This document shows, in pieces, positions 21,785 to 31,687 of a stretch of 64,000 nucleotides of DNA (positions within the stretch are counted from its first letter, which is position 1; the number at the start of each line of letters is the position of its first letter). Position numbers and translations under genes: made by a program. Under the pieces are notes generated by a model. That model saw nothing but the letters and a program-made list of their open reading frames with translations. It was not told where the DNA came from and did no database searches. This DNA comes from an uncultured Prevotella sp. (GTDB lineage: Bacteria > Bacteroidota > Bacteroidia > Bacteroidales > Bacteroidaceae): NCBI GenBank assembly GCA_946415245.1, contig CAMKRS010000008.1, positions 3,118 to 67,117 of the forward strand. The letters are read 5' to 3'.

Positions 21785-23794
21785 CTAACGTCGTTTCTCG
21801 GTAATGATACCGTGACGATAGGCATAGAGCAATTCTTTGAGATCGTGCACTTGTTCGCGAAGCTCTTCTCCCTTGTCGGTATCGGCTACAAGCATACGAT
21901 GGGCCGACATCTCCACAATCTGAATGGTAGACTTAATGTCTGTCTCACGGACAATAGCGTCGCGAGCAGAGGTAAACGGCTCATGTTGTACGAGTTGGAA
22001 ACCGCGTGAGTGGTAGACCAGCGTGTAGCCAGCAATACCAGTTTCCTTGTGATAAGCCTCAGAGAAACCACCGTCTATCACCATCAACCTGCCGCCAGCC
22101 TTGATGGGGTTCTCACCCTTCGAAGCATGTACGGGCACATGACCATTGATGATGTGGCGGTTCTCACCCTTCACCTCGAACGCATCGAGAATCCGGTCGC
22201 ATACGGCCTCGTCGAGTCGCAGTTTAAAGTAATTACCTTTCTCTTCCTTGTAGGTCTCCTCATCCTTGAGGAAATAGCGCTCGAAGGTGGCCATCTTCGA
22301 TTTGTCGAACAATGGGGAGTCCTTACCACACCAGAGATACAGGAAATAGTCGCGGGCATATTCTCGTGGATACTCCTCGGGAGCTGCGGCGAGTTCACCA
22401 CTGGCGCTGTTGGTCTGGAAGGCGGCACGTATCAGCATGCCGATATTGTGCATCAGGTCCTTACCGGCGTATTTCTTGCCAGGATAGATCTCCACCTCCT
22501 TCAACGAGCCGTCGTCGTTCAATGGAATCGAGGCGTGGAAGAGCAGGTTGGAATTGTGAATGGCATACATACAACCGTGCGAAAGTATCGTGCGGATATG
22601 TTTATGGAGCTTCTCTGAGATACGGAACGAGTGGTGGAGTTTCTGCATCAGCAGGGTCTCCTCATCGGTGAGCTTGTTCGGCTCTGAGGGGTCGATGGTG
22701 GGGAAGTGACAAGAGCCCATAATATACTCATGGCCGTCAATCTCGCAGACACCTCGTGAATAATCCACATGCTCGAAGAGACAGCGGCCTTCCATCTGCC
22801 ATTCAGGATGGCGCTTGAAAATCTGGGCCTCGGTCTTAAACTGTAATACGGCGATGGCCTTATGCATCTTGGCTGTCAGCTGACGCGTTTTCTCGTCCAT
22901 CTCATTGCCGGGCAGCAATCGTGGGATAAATTCCTCACAGGGGTCATCACCATAAACCTCGAGGGCAAAGGTGGCCAGGGGAACGAGGTTGATGCCGTAT
23001 TCCTCGATGGTACTCAGGTTGGCGTAGCGCAGACAGAGGCGCAACACATTACAGATACAGGCGTCATTGCCTGCTGAGGCTCCCATCCACAGGATATCGT
23101 GATTGCCCCATTGGATATCCCACGAGTGATATTGTCTGAGGGTGTCCATGATCTTATGGGCGCCGGGTCCTCGGTCATAGATGTCGCCGAGGATATGCAG
23201 CTGGTCGATGGCCAGACGTTGAATCACATTACAGATGGCACAGATGAAATCGTCAGCACGGCCTGTGGAGATAATCGTATTCACGATCACTGCCACATAG
23301 GCGGCCTTGTCGATGTCGTCAGTACGCTCGTGGAGCAACTCCTCGATGATATATGAGAAGTCTTCGGGTAACGACTTACGTACCTTTGAGCGGGTGTATT
23401 TCGAAGACACATCACGACAGACGCGCACCAATTGATGAATGGTGATGCGATACCAGTCATCGAGGTCGGTTTCCTGTGCCTTGATCAGTTCCAGTTTCTC
23501 TTCGGGATAATAGATGAGCGTACAAAGCTCCTTCTTCTCGGACTCACGGATGGTGTTGCCAAAGAGTTCATTGACCTTACGCTTGATGTTTCCTGAGGCA
23601 TTCTTCAGCACATGCTGGAAGGCTTCGCTCTCGCCATGAAGATCAGCCAGGAAGTGCTCCGTACCCTTGGGCAGGTTCATGATAGCCTCGAGGTTGATAA
23701 TCTCCTTGGCTGCATCGGCAATCGTAGGAAACGACTGCGACAGCAGTTGCAGATAGTGCTTGTCCGACTCGTTGTAATGGTGATGAGATGTCAT
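21785..23794 (-). CDS. fbp: Class III fructose-1,6-bisphosphatase
   Basis: 'LPKGTEHFLADLHGE', 'GDIYDRGP', 'WGNHD', 'NGHVPV', 'IDGGFS'. Confidence 0.95.
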   Translation of the reverse strand: MTSHHHYNESDKHYLQLLSQSFPTIADAAKEIINLEAIMNLPKGTEHFLADLHGESEAFQHVLKNASGNIKRKVNELFGNTIRESEKKELCTLIYYPEEKLELIKAQETDLDDWYRITIHQLVRVCRDVSSKYTRSKVRKSLPEDFSYIIEELLHERTDDIDKAAYVAVIVNTIISTGRADDFICAICNVIQRLAIDQLHILGDIYDRGPGAHKIMDTLRQYHSWDIQWGNHDILWMGASAGNDACICNVLRLCLRYANLSTIEEYGINLVPLATFALEVYGDDPCEEFIPRLLPGNEMDEKTRQLTAKMHKAIAVLQFKTEAQIFKRHPEWQMEGRCLFEHVDYSRGVCEIDGHEYIMGSCHFPTIDPSEPNKLTDEETLLMQKLHHSFRISEKLHKHIRTILSHGCMYAIHNSNLLFHASIPLNDDGSLKEVEIYPGKKYAGKDLMHNIGMLIRAAFQTNSASGELAAAPEEYPREYARDYFLYLWCGKDSPLFDKSKMATFERYFLKDEETYKEEKGNYFKLRLDEAVCDRILDAFEVKGENRHIINGHVPVHASKGENPIKAGGRLMVIDGGFSEAYHKETGIAGYTLVYHSRGFQLVQHEPFTSARDAIVRETDIKSTIQIVEMSAHRMLVADTDKGEELREQVHDLKELLYAYRHGIITEKRR

Positions 23795-24861
23795 ATTTTT
23801 AGGTGATTAGTTATATTTTCGCGGATTTTCTGAGTACCTCGGTCGTCGAGGGGCTCTATGGGCATATAGCCTTCATCGAGAAGCGTTAGCTCATGCAGTA
23901 CCTGCATCAGTCGACTGGCGTATTTCGTCAGTTTCTTCTCTTCAAGGGCTTCTTGCAACAGATCGTCGTTGACGGTGTCGCGATAAAGCTCGCGGGTAAA
24001 CTCGATGAGGTGAAGCATGAGTGGCTGCTTTTCAATTTGCTGGATCATGTGCATCAGATACTCGGTCTCATTGCCTTTGTATTCGCCAATCAGCTTTTTG
24101 ATAGACTGCGGACGCTGGTAATTTTCAGGGAAATAGGCGGGTAGATGCTCTGTATCGAGACTGATGGCAGAGATACCGAGGATATTGATGCCGTAGTCCA
24201 CATAGTTGCGGATATTCTGGTGCTCGGCGTAGATGAACATGCGTCGCCAGTCGATTGTCTCAGGCAAGGCGGGCTCCACCCAACGCGCATCGCCTAACGT
24301 GCCTGCTTTGATGATAGAGGCCATCAGCTGCTGCGTATCGTCGTCCATCTGCTCAAGCACGTTGGAGTCGAGCACTTTCTGATAGACGGCGAAGGTCTGC
24401 GAACACATTTTTTCGCGAGTGGTGCTGTTGGTGATGACGGCATTGTGAATAACCTCGATGCGGGGATTCCATTTCAACTTCACCAGATATTCTTGCTCCA
24501 TCTTACCGAAGGCGATGAGTGTATAGGCTTTCTCCACAAAAGGCTTTTGCCAGAGAACGGTTTTGTGGAATTTCTCCTGGAAAGGCTTTTCTTCAAATAC
24601 CCAAGGCTCTAATTGTCCATGTGGCGAGAGCACGATCCTGGCCCCTTGCTTACGGGCGAAGTTGCCGGCGTTGACGATATTGTACTGCCAGCAGCCGTGA
24701 CAATGCACGATGTCGGGCTCAAAACTCATGCAGACATTCTTGAAGTCAGCCATATTGCTCACAGCCTGCATCTCTGCGCTGAGCTGCATGCCTTCCATGA
24801 GCTGGTTGACGTGTTGCGCCACCATCTCATCATTTTTCGGATAGACATGCAGAACCTTCAT
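23791..24861 (-). CDS. GT4 N-terminal domain fused to a nucleotidyltransferase-like helical region
   Basis: 'PDIVHCHGCW', 'VLSPHGQLEPW', 'VIHNAV'; no recognisable GT-B C-terminal domain. Confidence 0.7.
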   Translation of the reverse strand: MKVLHVYPKNDEMVAQHVNQLMEGMQLSAEMQAVSNMADFKNVCMSFEPDIVHCHGCWQYNIVNAGNFARKQGARIVLSPHGQLEPWVFEEKPFQEKFHKTVLWQKPFVEKAYTLIAFGKMEQEYLVKLKWNPRIEVIHNAVITNSTTREKMCSQTFAVYQKVLDSNVLEQMDDDTQQLMASIIKAGTLGDARWVEPALPETIDWRRMFIYAEHQNIRNYVDYGINILGISAISLDTEHLPAYFPENYQRPQSIKKLIGEYKGNETEYLMHMIQQIEKQPLMLHLIEFTRELYRDTVNDDLLQEALEEKKLTKYASRLMQVLHELTLLDEGYMPIEPLDDRGTQKIRENITNHLKI

Positions 24862-24863
24862 AC

Positions 24864-25484
24864 TTAGAACAGATTACGGAAGAAGATGTTCATACGGAGT
24901 CCGAGAAGACGTCCGAACCCTACCTGCTGCTCGAAATATTTCAGCAGCTCATGGGCTTCGTCGGCTCTGACCACGATGAAGTCATACTTCCCCCTGAGTT
25001 TTCTCAGATGCCTGCCTTTGTGACCGTCAGCCCGCAGACGTTCACCCTTGACGATATAGTCGCTGACCTCTTCAAATCCCTCGAAAGTGCGCATCACCAG
25101 GTTGCCTTTTTTATAGTGGGCCAGCATGATGCCGGAGCCATTGCCCAGGTTGTCGGCGATGGTTTGAAGCCAGGTGTTGTCTTGCGGATATGAGTTGATG
25201 TCTGAAAAGATAACCCATTCATTTTTAGCCGCTTTCACACCGATGGTTAAAGCAAGCCTTCTACGATTGCGATGGGCATCAGGCTTGGGCAGGAAGGTGG
25301 AGTAGAGATGAGGATGCTGCTGCTTCAAAAGCGTCAGCACATCATCGGTTTCATCAGTCGATGACTCGTCGACGACAATCACCTCGTAGCCTGGCTCATA
25401 CTGCTGAGTTAGGAAGGCTGGCAGGTTTTCTGAAATCTCCCTGCCGTTGTCGTAGACGGTCATGATGACAGAGAATTTATTCAT
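24864..25484 (-). CDS. GT2-like glycosyltransferase, short
   Basis: 'FSVIMT', 'YEVIVVDESSTDET', 'LTIGVKAAKNEW'; start ATG at 25484 overlapping the lysA stop. Confidence 0.75.
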   Translation of the reverse strand: MNKFSVIMTVYDNGREISENLPAFLTQQYEPGYEVIVVDESSTDETDDVLTLLKQQHPHLYSTFLPKPDAHRNRRRLALTIGVKAAKNEWVIFSDINSYPQDNTWLQTIADNLGNGSGIMLAHYKKGNLVMRTFEGFEEVSDYIVKGERLRADGHKGRHLRKLRGKYDFIVVRADEAHELLKYFEQQVGFGRLLGLRMNIFFRNLF

Positions 25485-26634
25485 CGCTGAGATATCCTTT
25501 TGGCAATTTTCTACAGTTATATTGTGAAGCCATAATTTCGCCATAGGCGCCTGCGCTGCGGATGGCCAGCAGGTCACCACGCTTCGTCTTGTTCAGGTCA
25601 ATCTGTTTGGCGAAGACATCCGTCGACTCACAGATGGGTCCTACCACATCGTAAGCCTCTTTCGGTTCTTCGCTGGTGATATTTTCTATCTTATGATAGG
25701 CCTGATAGAGAGCCGGACGGATGAGATCGGGGAAACCTGCATCGACGATAGCGAACCGCTTGGTGGCGCCTTCTTTAATATATAATGTACGCGTGATGAG
25801 CGAACCGCATTGGGCCACAACCGCACGTCCCAACTCAAAGTGCAGCGTCTGACCGTTGCGCAGTTTGAGCTTCTTGGCGTAGGTGTCGAAATAGGCCTTG
25901 AAATCAGGTATCGGCAGACGGTTGGGATGCTCGTAGTCGACACCCAGTCCTCCACCTACATTGATATGCTCCACATGGATACGGTGACGTTCCAGCTCGT
26001 CCTGCAACTCGTTCACGCGATTACAGAGGGCTTGGAAGTCGCCCATGTCGAGAATCTGCGAACCGATGTGGAAGTGCAGTCCCACGAACTTCACATGCTC
26101 CATCTTCGAGGCTTCCTCGATGACTGTCAGCATATCGCGCATCGCGATGCCGAACTTGTTCTCTGCCAGACCCGTCGTGATGTTGGCGTGTGTATGGGCA
26201 CCTACATTGGGGTTCAAGCGGAAGGCGACGCGCGCCACCTTTCCCTTCTTGCCTGCCAGTTCGTTGATGACTTCCAACTCGGGGATACTCTCCACATTAA
26301 AACAGAAAATATCATTGTCCAGTCCGAGATTGATTTCCCAATCCGCCTTGCCCACGCCGGCGTAGACAATCTTCGAGGCGGGGAAGCCTGCCTTGATAGA
26401 GGTTTCTATCTCGCCACCGCTCACGCAGTCGGCACCCAGTCCTGCCTCACGGATGATGCGCAGGATCTTGGGGTTGGCATTGGCTTTCACGGCATAGTGC
26501 ACCACGAATCCCTCGTGCTTGCCAGCCTCCTCATTGATGGCTTTCAGCGTTTGGCGCAGCACCTCGCTATCGTAATAGTAGAAAGGCGTCTGTATTTTCT
26601 GAAGCCTCTCTACAGGAAATTTTCCTTTTCCCAT
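25477..26634 (-). CDS. lysA: Diaminopimelate decarboxylase
   Basis: 'YAVKAN', 'KFGI', 'HFHIGSQ', 'VGGGLG', 'GPICES', 'GAYG'. Confidence 0.96.
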   Translation of the reverse strand: MGKGKFPVERLQKIQTPFYYYDSEVLRQTLKAINEEAGKHEGFVVHYAVKANANPKILRIIREAGLGADCVSGGEIETSIKAGFPASKIVYAGVGKADWEINLGLDNDIFCFNVESIPELEVINELAGKKGKVARVAFRLNPNVGAHTHANITTGLAENKFGIAMRDMLTVIEEASKMEHVKFVGLHFHIGSQILDMGDFQALCNRVNELQDELERHRIHVEHINVGGGLGVDYEHPNRLPIPDFKAYFDTYAKKLKLRNGQTLHFELGRAVVAQCGSLITRTLYIKEGATKRFAIVDAGFPDLIRPALYQAYHKIENITSEEPKEAYDVVGPICESTDVFAKQIDLNKTKRGDLLAIRSAGAYGEIMASQYNCRKLPKGYLSDE

Positions 26635-26660
26635 CGTCTAGTCTCTTAGTCTGTTCTTGT

Positions 26661-27980
26661 TTATTTGTTGAAGATGGTGTCGCTCAGCTTCTGGAGGGCA
26701 CGCTTCTTGTCTTCCTCACGGATGAGGAATGAGATGTTGTAGTTCGAGCCACCATAGCTGACCATACGGACGGGGATATCCTTCAGGGCGTCGAGAGCCA
26801 AGGTCTCAAAGCCGATGTTCGACCAGTCGAGGTCGCCCACCACACAGATGATACACATGCCTGTATCGACGGTCACCGTACCGTATTTCTTCAACTCGTC
26901 GACGATCTCTCCCAGATGGGCGGAGTTGTCGATACTCATCGATACGCCCACCTCTGAGGTGCAGACCATATCGATTGGCGTCTGGTAGCTCTCGAAGATC
27001 TCGAACACCTTACGCAGGAAACCTGTTGCCAGAAGCATTCTCGACGACTTGATCTTGATGGCGATGATATTATCCTTGGCGGCGATGGCCTTGATCTTTC
27101 CGTATTCGGTGGCGTTGCTGATAGTGGTTCCCTCAGCATCGGGGTCCATCGTGTTCAACAGGCGTACGGGGATGCCGGCATACTTCGCAGGCTGCACGCA
27201 TGTCGGGTGCAGGATCTTGGCACCGAAATAAGCCAGCTCAGCAGCTTCCTCGAAGTGCAACTGGTGTACGGGCTCAGTGTGATCCACCACACGCGGGTCG
27301 TTGTTGTGCATACCGTCGATATCGGTCCAAATCTGAATCTCCTCAGCACCGATGGCAGCACCCACGAGCGAAGCGGTATAGTCGGAACCACCACGCTGCA
27401 GGTTGTCGATCTCGCCATATGCATTACGACAGATAAAGCCCTGCGTGATATACACCTGAGCACCTTCGTTCTCCTCGAGGATGGCATTCAGCTTCTCCTT
27501 GATATACACGGGATCGGGCTCTGAGTTCTTGTCGGTACGCATGAAGTCGAGGGCGTTCAGCAGTACGGCATTGATACCGATCTCCTTCATATAGTTTACC
27601 ACCATATTGGTCGACATCATCTCGCCCTGAGCCACGATGCTCTTCTCCTCGAAACTGGTGAACAGCTCCTTGGTAAATGAGCGCAGATAGTCGAACTCGC
27701 CCTTCAGAAACTCGCGGGTCTGCTGCTTGGTTTCGTCCTTGCTGTAGAGCTCCTCTACGTGCTTCAGATACTTTTGCTCCAGACGGTTGATCACCTCGTT
27801 GGCGCCATCGGGATTCTTCTTGTAGAGATAATCAGAAATCTCTACCAGCGAGTTGGTGGTGCCCGACATGGCTGAGAGCACAACGAAGACGGGTTCTCCT
27901 GACTTGGTGACGAGTTGTGTCACCTCTTTCATTCTCTGTGGAGTGCCGACGGACGTACCGCCGAATTTCATTACTTTCAT
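26661..27980 (-). CDS. lysC: Aspartate kinase
   Basis: 'KFGGTSV', 'RGGSDYTA', 'WTDIDG', 'FGAKILHP', ACT domains. Confidence 0.95.
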   Translation of the reverse strand: MKVMKFGGTSVGTPQRMKEVTQLVTKSGEPVFVVLSAMSGTTNSLVEISDYLYKKNPDGANEVINRLEQKYLKHVEELYSKDETKQQTREFLKGEFDYLRSFTKELFTSFEEKSIVAQGEMMSTNMVVNYMKEIGINAVLLNALDFMRTDKNSEPDPVYIKEKLNAILEENEGAQVYITQGFICRNAYGEIDNLQRGGSDYTASLVGAAIGAEEIQIWTDIDGMHNNDPRVVDHTEPVHQLHFEEAAELAYFGAKILHPTCVQPAKYAGIPVRLLNTMDPDAEGTTISNATEYGKIKAIAAKDNIIAIKIKSSRMLLATGFLRKVFEIFESYQTPIDMVCTSEVGVSMSIDNSAHLGEIVDELKKYGTVTVDTGMCIICVVGDLDWSNIGFETLALDALKDIPVRMVSYGGSNYNISFLIREEDKKRALQKLSDTIFNK

Positions 27981-28004
27981 TTGCGTTTATTTTTTAATTA
28001 TCCA

Positions 28005-28688
28005 TTATCCATATATCATATTATCCACGTGCGTCATCTTACCGTCGTCACAACGATACACGATGCCGGGGTATTTGTCGACCAAAGGCATGTTGTGGGT
28101 AGTCATAATCACAGCCGTTCCCTTCTGCGCGATCTCTCTCAGCAGTTGCAGGATATTGTCGGCCGTCTCGGGGTCGAGGTTGCCGGTGGGCTCGTCGGCG
28201 ATGATCATCTTCGGATGATTCAAGATGGCCCGGGCGATGCAGACACGCTGCTGCTCACCGCCAGAGAGTTCGTGGGGCATCTTGTCGGCCTTGTCTTCCA
28301 TCTTCACATCTTGCAGCACCTCGCGGATACGCTCGTCGATTTCCTGCTTGTCCTTCCAGCCAGTCGACCGAAGCACAAAACGCAGGTTCTTATACACGTT
28401 GCGGTCGGTGAGCAACTGGAAATCTTGGAAGACGATTCCCATCTGCTTTCTCAATGCGGGAATTTCCTTACGGCGGATCTCCAGCAGATTATTTCCGATC
28501 ACCTCGGCTTTTTCAGCCTCGTCGATGTCGAGTTCACAATAGATGGTCTTCAACAGGCTGCTCTTACCGGAACCCACACGTCCGATGAGATAGATAAAGT
28601 CGCCTTCGTTCACGCAGAAGTCAACATTTTCGAGCACATTCTCGCCCTCTGCCTGACAGATGTTCGCTTTCTTAAATTCAACCAGCAT
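28005..28688 (-). CDS. ftsE: Cell-division ABC ATPase
   Basis: 'GRVGSGKS', 'VFQDFQLL', 'LSGGEQQRV', 'ADEPTGNLD'; start ATG at 28688. Confidence 0.85.
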   Translation of the reverse strand: MLVEFKKANICQAEGENVLENVDFCVNEGDFIYLIGRVGSGKSSLLKTIYCELDIDEAEKAEVIGNNLLEIRRKEIPALRKQMGIVFQDFQLLTDRNVYKNLRFVLRSTGWKDKQEIDERIREVLQDVKMEDKADKMPHELSGGEQQRVCIARAILNHPKMIIADEPTGNLDPETADNILQLLREIAQKGTAVIMTTHNMPLVDKYPGIVYRCDDGKMTHVDNMIYG

Positions 28689-28690
28689 AT

Positions 28691-28851
28691 CACTATTCAC
28701 TTTTTACTCTTCACTCTTCACTTTTCACTCTTCACTCTTCACTTTTTACTCTTCACTCTTCACTCTTCACTCTTCACTCTTCACTCTTCACTTTTCACTC
28801 TTCACTCTTCACTCTTCACTCTTCACTTTTCACTCTTCACTCTTCACTCTT
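28691..28851. repeat. 23 x heptamer tandem repeat (CACTCTT on +, AAGAGTG on the mRNA strand)
   Basis: 161 bp filling the whole hisIE-ftsE spacer, with variants CACTTTT, TACTCTT and CACTATT. Confidence 0.97.
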
Positions 28852-28853
28852 CA

Positions 28854-29501
28854 CTACTCCATCTCTCCCTTGGCTTTCGCCTCGCGACGCTTCTTGTCCC
28901 AGTTGGGATCATGACGCTTACGGAGCTCAGCGGCGATGTCCTCAATGCGCAGCCCCTTGCTGGTGAGCAACACGATGAGGTGATAGATCATATCCGATGC
29001 CTCGTAGACCAACTTCTCCTTGCTGCCGTTGGTGGCTTCGATCACAGCCTCCAGCGCCTCTTCACCCACTTTCTGGGCGATACGGTTGATACCGTCCTTG
29101 AAGAGCGAGGTGGTATAGCTGCCCTCGGGCATTTCCTCATGGCGCTTGTTGATGAAGTCTTGCAGCTCGGTGAGGAAGAGTAGGGGATTGGCCTCGTTCT
29201 CCTCACCCCAACAGGTGTCGGTACCTTTATGACAGGTAGGCCCGTCGGGGATGGCCTTCACCAACAGGGTGTCGTTATCGCAGTCTACGGCGATGCTGAC
29301 GAAATTGAGGAAATTACCGCTCGTCTCGCCCTTTGTCCAGAGACAGTTGCGCGAACGACTCCAGAACGTCACTTTCTTCGTCAGCAGCGTCTTGTCGTAA
29401 GCCTCTTTGTTCATATAGCCGAGCATCAACACATTCTTGGTGTTGGCATCCTGAATGATGGCGGGCACCAGGCCGCCGCTTTTCTCAAAATCTATCTTCA
29501 T
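28854..29501 (-). CDS. hisIE: Bifunctional PR-AMP cyclohydrolase / PR-ATP pyrophosphatase
   Basis: 'LWTKGETSGN', 'DCDNDTLL', 'PTCH', 'KVGEEA', 'EASDMIYH'. Confidence 0.96.
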   Translation of the reverse strand: MKIDFEKSGGLVPAIIQDANTKNVLMLGYMNKEAYDKTLLTKKVTFWSRSRNCLWTKGETSGNFLNFVSIAVDCDNDTLLVKAIPDGPTCHKGTDTCWGEENEANPLLFLTELQDFINKRHEEMPEGSYTTSLFKDGINRIAQKVGEEALEAVIEATNGSKEKLVYEASDMIYHLIVLLTSKGLRIEDIAAELRKRHDPNWDKKRREAKAKGEME

Positions 29502-29503
29502 AT

Positions 29504-29566
29504 CACTATTCACTATTCACTAATCACTATTCACTATTCACTATTCACTAATCACTATTCACTATT
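29504..29566. repeat. 9 x heptamer (CACTATT/CACTAAT)
   Basis: Fills the hisF-hisIE spacer. Confidence 0.95.
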
Positions 29567-30325
29567 TTATATTCTCACGTTGATGCCTTCTGCTTTCAGA
29601 TAGGCCTTCAATTCGGGTATGGGGATTTCGCCGAAGTGGAACACGCTGGCGGCGAGGGCGGCATCCGAATGACCTTCGATAAAGGTGTCGCGGAAGTGCT
29701 CCTTACAACCCGCACCACCGCTGGCGATGATGGGGATCGAGAGATGGTCGGCCAATTCGCGCAAAGCCTCGTTGGCATAACCTTCCTTCACACCGTCGTG
29801 GTTCATCGAGGTAAAGAGGATTTCTCCAGCACCACGCTCCTGCGCCTCATGGGCCCACTCAAACAAACCTCTTTCCGTGCGCTCCCGACCACCTTTCAGG
29901 TAGCAATGCCAGCCGTCTTCGTCCAGTCTTGCGTCGATGGCACAGACACATACCTGCGAACCGAAACGATTCGTAATCTCGTCAATCAGTTCGGGTCTGC
30001 GGATGGCGGCAGAGTTCACGCTCACCTTGTCGGCACCGGCATAAAGCAGTCGTTCTACATCTGCCAGTTCGTTGATGCCACCGCCCACGGTGAAGGGGAT
30101 ATTGATCTCCTGGGCCACACGGGTCACCATCTCCGTAAAGGTCTTGCGCCCCTCGAAGCTGGCGGTAATATCCAGGAAACAGAGCTCGTCGGCGCCCTGC
30201 TCACTATAGGCCTTGCCCAGAGCCACGGGGTCGCCCGCACTCCGCAGATTCACGAAGTTCGTGCCCTTGACGGTCTCACCGTCTTTGACATCCAAGCAAG
30301 GTATAATTCTTTTTGCCAGTCCCAT
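29567..30325 (-). CDS. hisF: Imidazole glycerol phosphate synthase, cyclase subunit
   Basis: 'RIIPCLDV', 'GADEL.FLDITAS', '[10 protein letters not shown]', 'AALAASVFH'. Confidence 0.97.
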   Translation of the reverse strand: MGLAKRIIPCLDVKDGETVKGTNFVNLRSAGDPVALGKAYSEQGADELCFLDITASFEGRKTFTEMVTRVAQEINIPFTVGGGINELADVERLLYAGADKVSVNSAAIRRPELIDEITNRFGSQVCVCAIDARLDEDGWHCYLKGGRERTERGLFEWAHEAQERGAGEILFTSMNHDGVKEGYANEALRELADHLSIPIIASGGAGCKEHFRDTFIEGHSDAALAASVFHFGEIPIPELKAYLKAEGINVRI

Positions 30326-30357
30326 AATTTTCAATTATCCATTATCCATTATCAATT
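30326..30357. repeat. About 4.5 x heptamer (CATTATC) forming the hisA C-terminus and spacer
   Basis: AATTTTC AATTATC CATTATC CATTATC AATT. Confidence 0.75.
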
Positions 30358-31057
30358 GATTCAAATCGATGCGACCTTCATAGATGGCCTTGCCGAAGAC
30401 GACGGCGGGGATGCCCGCTGCGTCGAGGGCTTTGATATCATCGATCGACGACACACCACCGCTGGCTATCAGGTGCAGCTGCGGATATGCGGCCATCATC
30501 TTTTGATAGAGGTCGATGGCGGGACCAGAGAGCGTGCCGTCCTTCGAGATCTCCGTACAGAGCACATTCCTCACACCCGCATCGATGTATTTCTTCAAAA
30601 ACGGCAGCAGATCCTCTTCCGAATCTTCCTTCCAGCCGTTGATGCTGATCTTCCCGTGACGTACGTCGGCACCGAGGATCATGCGCTCAGGACCGTATTT
30701 TTCAAGCCAGCCGATAAACAGCTCGGGATTCGTGACGGCTATCGAACCCACCGTCACCATCGAGGCTCCGGCAGCAAAGGCCTTCTCAATGTCTTCGTCG
30801 GTCTTGATGCCACCGCCGAAGTCCACCGTGAGGTTGGTCTCTGTGGTGATGGCCTGCAACACCTGATCGTTCACGATATGTTTCGATTTCGCCCCGTCGA
30901 GGTCCACCACATGCAGACGCTTGAAACCGATCTGCTCAAACTCCTTGGCCACCTCAGCCGGTGAGTCGCGGTAGACGGTCTTCTGGTCGTAGTCGCCCTT
31001 CGTCAGACGTACACACTGACCATCAATAATATCTATGGCGGGAATCAGTTCTATCAT
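30335..31057 (-). CDS. hisA: ProFAR isomerase
   Basis: 'IPAIDII.G.CVRL..GDY', 'LHVVDLDGA', 'IASGGVS'. Confidence 0.96.
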   Translation of the reverse strand: MIELIPAIDIIDGQCVRLTKGDYDQKTVYRDSPAEVAKEFEQIGFKRLHVVDLDGAKSKHIVNDQVLQAITTETNLTVDFGGGIKTDEDIEKAFAAGASMVTVGSIAVTNPELFIGWLEKYGPERMILGADVRHGKISINGWKEDSEEDLLPFLKKYIDAGVRNVLCTEISKDGTLSGPAIDLYQKMMAAYPQLHLIASGGVSSIDDIKALDAAGIPAVVFGKAIYEGRIDLNQLIMDNG

Positions 31058-31659
31058 AATTCCAAGAAATTTTTGAGGATTCGTTCGCCCACCTTGCCAC
31101 TCTTCTCGGGGTGGAACTGACAGGCGTAGAAATTATCTTTGTGCATCGAGGCCGAGTAGGGCAGTATATAGTCCGCCGTCGCGATCGTCTCCTCGCACAC
31201 CGGCACATAATACGAATGCACAAAGTACACATAGGGATGCTCCCCGAGCCCTTCCATCAGCGGATCAACTTTCAACTCTAAACTCTCAACTCTCAACTCG
31301 TTCCATCCCATGCACGGCACCTTGTCCTCGTGCCTTTGCGGCTGGAAGCGCTTCACCTCGGCGTCGAAGATACCGATACAGTCCGTATCGCCCTCCTCCG
31401 AGTGCTTGCAGAGCAGCTGCTGACCCACGCAGATGCCGAACACGGGCTGTTTCAGGTCGCGGATCACCTCGTCGAGCTTGCGGGCCTTGAGATAATCCAT
31501 CGCCTCGCCTGCATGGCCTTGTCCGGGAAACAACACCTTATCGGCTTTTTTCAGCAGTTCTGCATCATCCGTCAGCGTGGGCTCAATCCCCATCCTTCGG
31601 AGTGCATTCACCACCGAATAAATATTTCCCGCATTATATTTCACAATAGCTACGTTCAT
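31054..31659 (-). CDS. hisH: Imidazole glycerol phosphate synthase, glutaminase subunit
   Basis: 'PGQG', 'GICVGQQ', 'YFVHSY', 'QFHPEKS'. Confidence 0.96.
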   Translation of the reverse strand: MNVAIVKYNAGNIYSVVNALRRMGIEPTLTDDAELLKKADKVLFPGQGHAGEAMDYLKARKLDEVIRDLKQPVFGICVGQQLLCKHSEEGDTDCIGIFDAEVKRFQPQRHEDKVPCMGWNELRVESLELKVDPLMEGLGEHPYVYFVHSYYVPVCEETIATADYILPYSASMHKDNFYACQFHPEKSGKVGERILKNFLEL

Positions 31660-31687
31660 AACTATTCACTATTCACTGTTCACTATT
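31660..31687. repeat. 4 x heptamer (CACTATT)
   Basis: Fills the purU-hisH spacer. Confidence 0.85.

Noticed and set aside
27915-29183. 422-aa plus-strand ORF with LFTLHSS repeats (also 28660-28914 and 29229-29603)
   Set aside because: Antisense shadow of ftsE and hisIE. The heptamer has no stop codons on this strand.
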